64,000 nucleotides of DNA from Moniliella sp. 'wahieum' (Eukaryota). Location of the stretch: the NCBI GenBank assembly GCA_003971905.1, contig RSEE01000024.1, forward strand, positions 372,001 through 436,000, given 5' to 3'. The stretch's first letter is position 1. Every line of letters starts with the position of its first letter. The position numbers were made by a program, and so were the translations under genes. The notes beneath the pieces were generated by a model. The model was not told the origin of the DNA. It did not search any database and saw nothing but the letters and a program-made list of their open reading frames with translations. Below, piece by piece: positions 61,362 through 64,000 of the stretch.

Positions 61362-63859
61362 TCAAACCAAGAGCGAGCAAAAGTTAGAAGGGAACAAGTT
61401 AGCTCCAGGCCGACGCCTTGCTTCGTCCATCAACTCGCCCTTCCACCACCCGTCCGGGGGGTACTCCGTCACCGCAATAATGTCTCCTTCCGTAAACGAA
61501 AACTCCGCATCCGTCGTCGCCGTATAATCAAACATGGCCTTGACGTAAAACTGCACCGGAAGCCCTTCGTCCGTCAACTTGCCCGTCAACGAAACTGGCG
61601 CCGCCGCTTCCACGGGCGCAGGTGCAGCCGCGGGCGCGGGTGCAGGCGCAGCCACGAGCTGTGGCTCAGCCTGCGGCGTAGTCTGCCAGTACGGCTGCGC
61701 GGCCGCAGCGGGGGCAGAGGTATACTGTGCGGCGGAAGGCGCAGGCGCCGGGGCTGGAGCTGGAGCCACAGAAGGAGTTGCGGCAGGGGCAGGGGCGGGA
61801 GCAGGGGCAGGAGCAGGGGCAGGGGCAGAAACTGGAACCGGTGCTGGAGCCGGAGCCGAAGCTGGAGGGAAAGAGGACTGAGGCGAAGAAGACCAATTGG
61901 AAGCAGGTTCGTTGTGGAGCTGCATGCCGGACATGCGTTGGTAATCGCGCATGTACTGCGTCGCCGGAGACGGCTGCAACGCGTCGGGCGACGAAGCAGG
62001 GGGGTGTTGCGAGGCAGTATGGAACAGAGGCGGCGTCGGCTCGTGCGGCTCGTGCGGCTCGTGTTGCTCGTGCGCAAAGGGGTTGGGCATCGTGGTAGGG
62101 TCGTGCACAGCGCCCGGTACGCCCTGCGGCGGGTGCCCGGCCACCTCGGACGCCTGCCCAGGGTGGGGCGGCGTATCGCCCTTGGCCGCTTGCAAACCAC
62201 GTAGCGCGGCCGCCAACCGGTCTTCCACTGGCACGTGGTCCGCCTGTGCCCCAGCCGGAGGGGGCGACTGGGCCGCGGTGGGGTGGTGCGAAGTGACCGG
62301 TGCGGGCTCAGGGACTGTGCTGGAGTACAGAGCGGTGGGAGCCTTGGGTGCCGAAGCGTGCCAGGGGGAGGAGGCGGACGGAGAAGAGGTGGAAGCGCGG
62401 TTGGTGGGCGCTAGCGCTTGCGCTGCAGGCGATGCCGACGCCCACTGGCCAGGGGCAGGACTAGAAGTGGGGCCCGGGACCATGGAGTCTTCCGGTCCAT
62501 TGCTGGGGACCATCACGGGGGAGGAGTACAGCCCATCCGCCTCACTTGGCCCTGGTTGGGTGTGCGGCGGGTGGGGGGAGGGGATAGCACTGCCAGCAAG
62601 CACGCCCGGCCCGCGTGCAAACGCAGCCGCATCCTTGGTGGGCGTTGCCGGCGGCATCTCACCCGGCACAACGGGAGGGTGGGAGACAGGTGCAGGCGTC
62701 GCGTCTGCAGCTGCGGGGTCGTGCGCAGGCGCCTGGGGTGGAGGCCGCTTGGACACACGGGAGAACTGGGCGACGCGATAGGGCGTTCGCGAGTTGGGGG
62801 CATGCCCTTCGGCAAAATTGACGAATTCGGGCGGGTCGAAGATCATATTGCCCGTCCCGCGTTCCGCCACAAAGTTGGCCGAATCACGAGCTGCATCGGA
62901 AGCCTTAAAGGCATCAAATAAATCCTGGCAGGCATTGTCGTCCTCCACACAGGCCTCGGCTACTGCATTAATGTACCGCCAACAGTTCTGCTTGATAAAC
63001 TCGATCCGCTCCTCGTCTTGGTCTTGCGCTTGGTCCAGGAACGCCTTCCACTCCCGATTCCAGTTGTGGGTCGCGCTCTGGACCACCTTGGTGTACTGGC
63101 GATAATCGCGCTCGGTCGCCACCACGTCCGCGCTTGGCCTTTTCCAGCTTGGCCTCGGTGCGTTCCAAGTCGCGACCCTGCACCAGGGTCATTTGGGCAG
63201 TAAAGGTGTTGACCTTACCGCACTCGGATTGGTACTTGTCCCGCGCACGGTCCAGCATGGCAACTTGGGTGCGTTTGCTGTGGACCATCTTGGCGATCGC
63301 ATCGAGCGAGGAGGTGCGGAAGGCAGCTTGGGCTTGCTGAAACTGAGCCACGTCGTTGGACAACGGGCCTTTCAGTTCTTCGGCCACGGCGGCATGGGTC
63401 TGGGCCATGTGCTCCGTCTCCTGCTGCAGGGTTGCGAGCGCAGCAGCAATATGGCTGGTAAGGGCAAATTGGTCAGCCGTCAACGTCTCCATCGATCACA
63501 GAGGGAGGAGGGGAATGGCCCAAGCCAAGCACGTACCCAGTTTCGTCCTGGCCAATCGGCGTCCGGGCCAGCTTGGACATGGCCTTGGCATACTCGGCTT
63601 CGATCGCTGCGCGGTTCTTGTAGTAATTGCGCAGGTCATCGAGTGTTTTGGCAGTATCCTTGACGCGGCGGATGATGGTGTCGTAGCCGCGGTCGCCTCC
63701 GCCCTGGATGACGAGAGGGATGGTCAGTATGCCGTGGGCGGAAAGGGCTAGGCGGGGGGGAGGGACGCACCCAGAAGTTGTTGGCGAAGGTGCCGTCGCG
63801 CTGTCCGCCGGGGGGGGCGGGTGGGGGGCGGGCGTGGGACCGCTCTGGGCAGCATCCAT
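61362..63859 (-). CDS. F-BAR + SH3 cytokinesis protein (Cdc15/Imp2/Hof1 family)
   Basis: FANNFW, GYDTIIRRVKD...RAAIEAEYAKAMSKL, W...QDQDEERIEF (FCH/F-BAR), a Pro/Ala linker, and SH3 VKAMFDY...WWKGE...LFPSNF. Two introns in the 5' part. Confidence 0.92.
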
Positions 63860-64000
63860 GGTCGCGGCGGTGGCGCTGGCGGTGGCGATGGCGATAGCAG
63901 GTGGTGGTGGGGGGGCGTGAGTTGACGAGTGATGTGCGATGCATGAGGTGCCAACAGGTGGTGGGTGATAGGGATGGGTGATGGGTGATGCCGATGGCCT

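Noticed and set aside
2455..63859. Frameshifts in Vps34, sirtuin, B56, beta-tubulin, eIF4B, Leu5, Cft1 and the Cdc15-like gene suggesting pseudogenes or programmed frameshifting
   Set aside because: They affect nearly every gene, including essential ones, with no accompanying nonsense decay. Most consistent with uncorrected long-read indel errors.
1..64000. Mating-type locus or secondary-metabolite cluster
   Set aside because: No homeodomain, pheromone/receptor, PKS, NRPS or terpene synthase motifs; the genes are functionally unrelated housekeeping loci.

Overview
Eukaryotic, GC-rich fungal DNA, most likely a smut-like basidiomycete (Ustilaginomycotina; inferred from short GT-AG introns with CTAAC/CTGAC branch sites, an intron-poor beta-tubulin and the protein families present). 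About 16 protein genes are supported: two paralogous Zn2Cys6 transcription factors facing outward ~41 kb apart, DNAJC8/Spf31, Vps34, a SIRT4-like sirtuin, a CENP-B-type HTH protein, an L-type lectin, PP2A B56, beta-tubulin, eIF4B, a Leu5-like CoA carrier, a SUR7/PalI protein, Cft1/CPSF160, a small GLYL-terminated protein, glucosidase II alpha, a minimal SET protein and a Cdc15/Hof1-type F-BAR-SH3 protein. There are also two intron-containing tRNAs (Lys-UUU, Arg-UCU). Gene-poor stretches at ~7.9-10.7, 12.2-24.2 and 37.1-41.3 kb hold TE relics, including a 5'-truncated CRE-clade (restriction-like endonuclease) non-LTR fragment whose 3' tail recurs at 47.4 kb. The most unusual signal is a pervasive non-coding family of 7-bp-period repeats built as T-N-A plus a 4-bp palindrome. 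All 12 GC-containing 4-bp palindromes occur, and cores sometimes switch in register, which suggests a symmetry-restoring (template-switch/hairpin) mutational process. Many conserved genes carry 1-2 nt frameshifts, best read as uncorrected sequencing indels, so exact gene ends are approximate.
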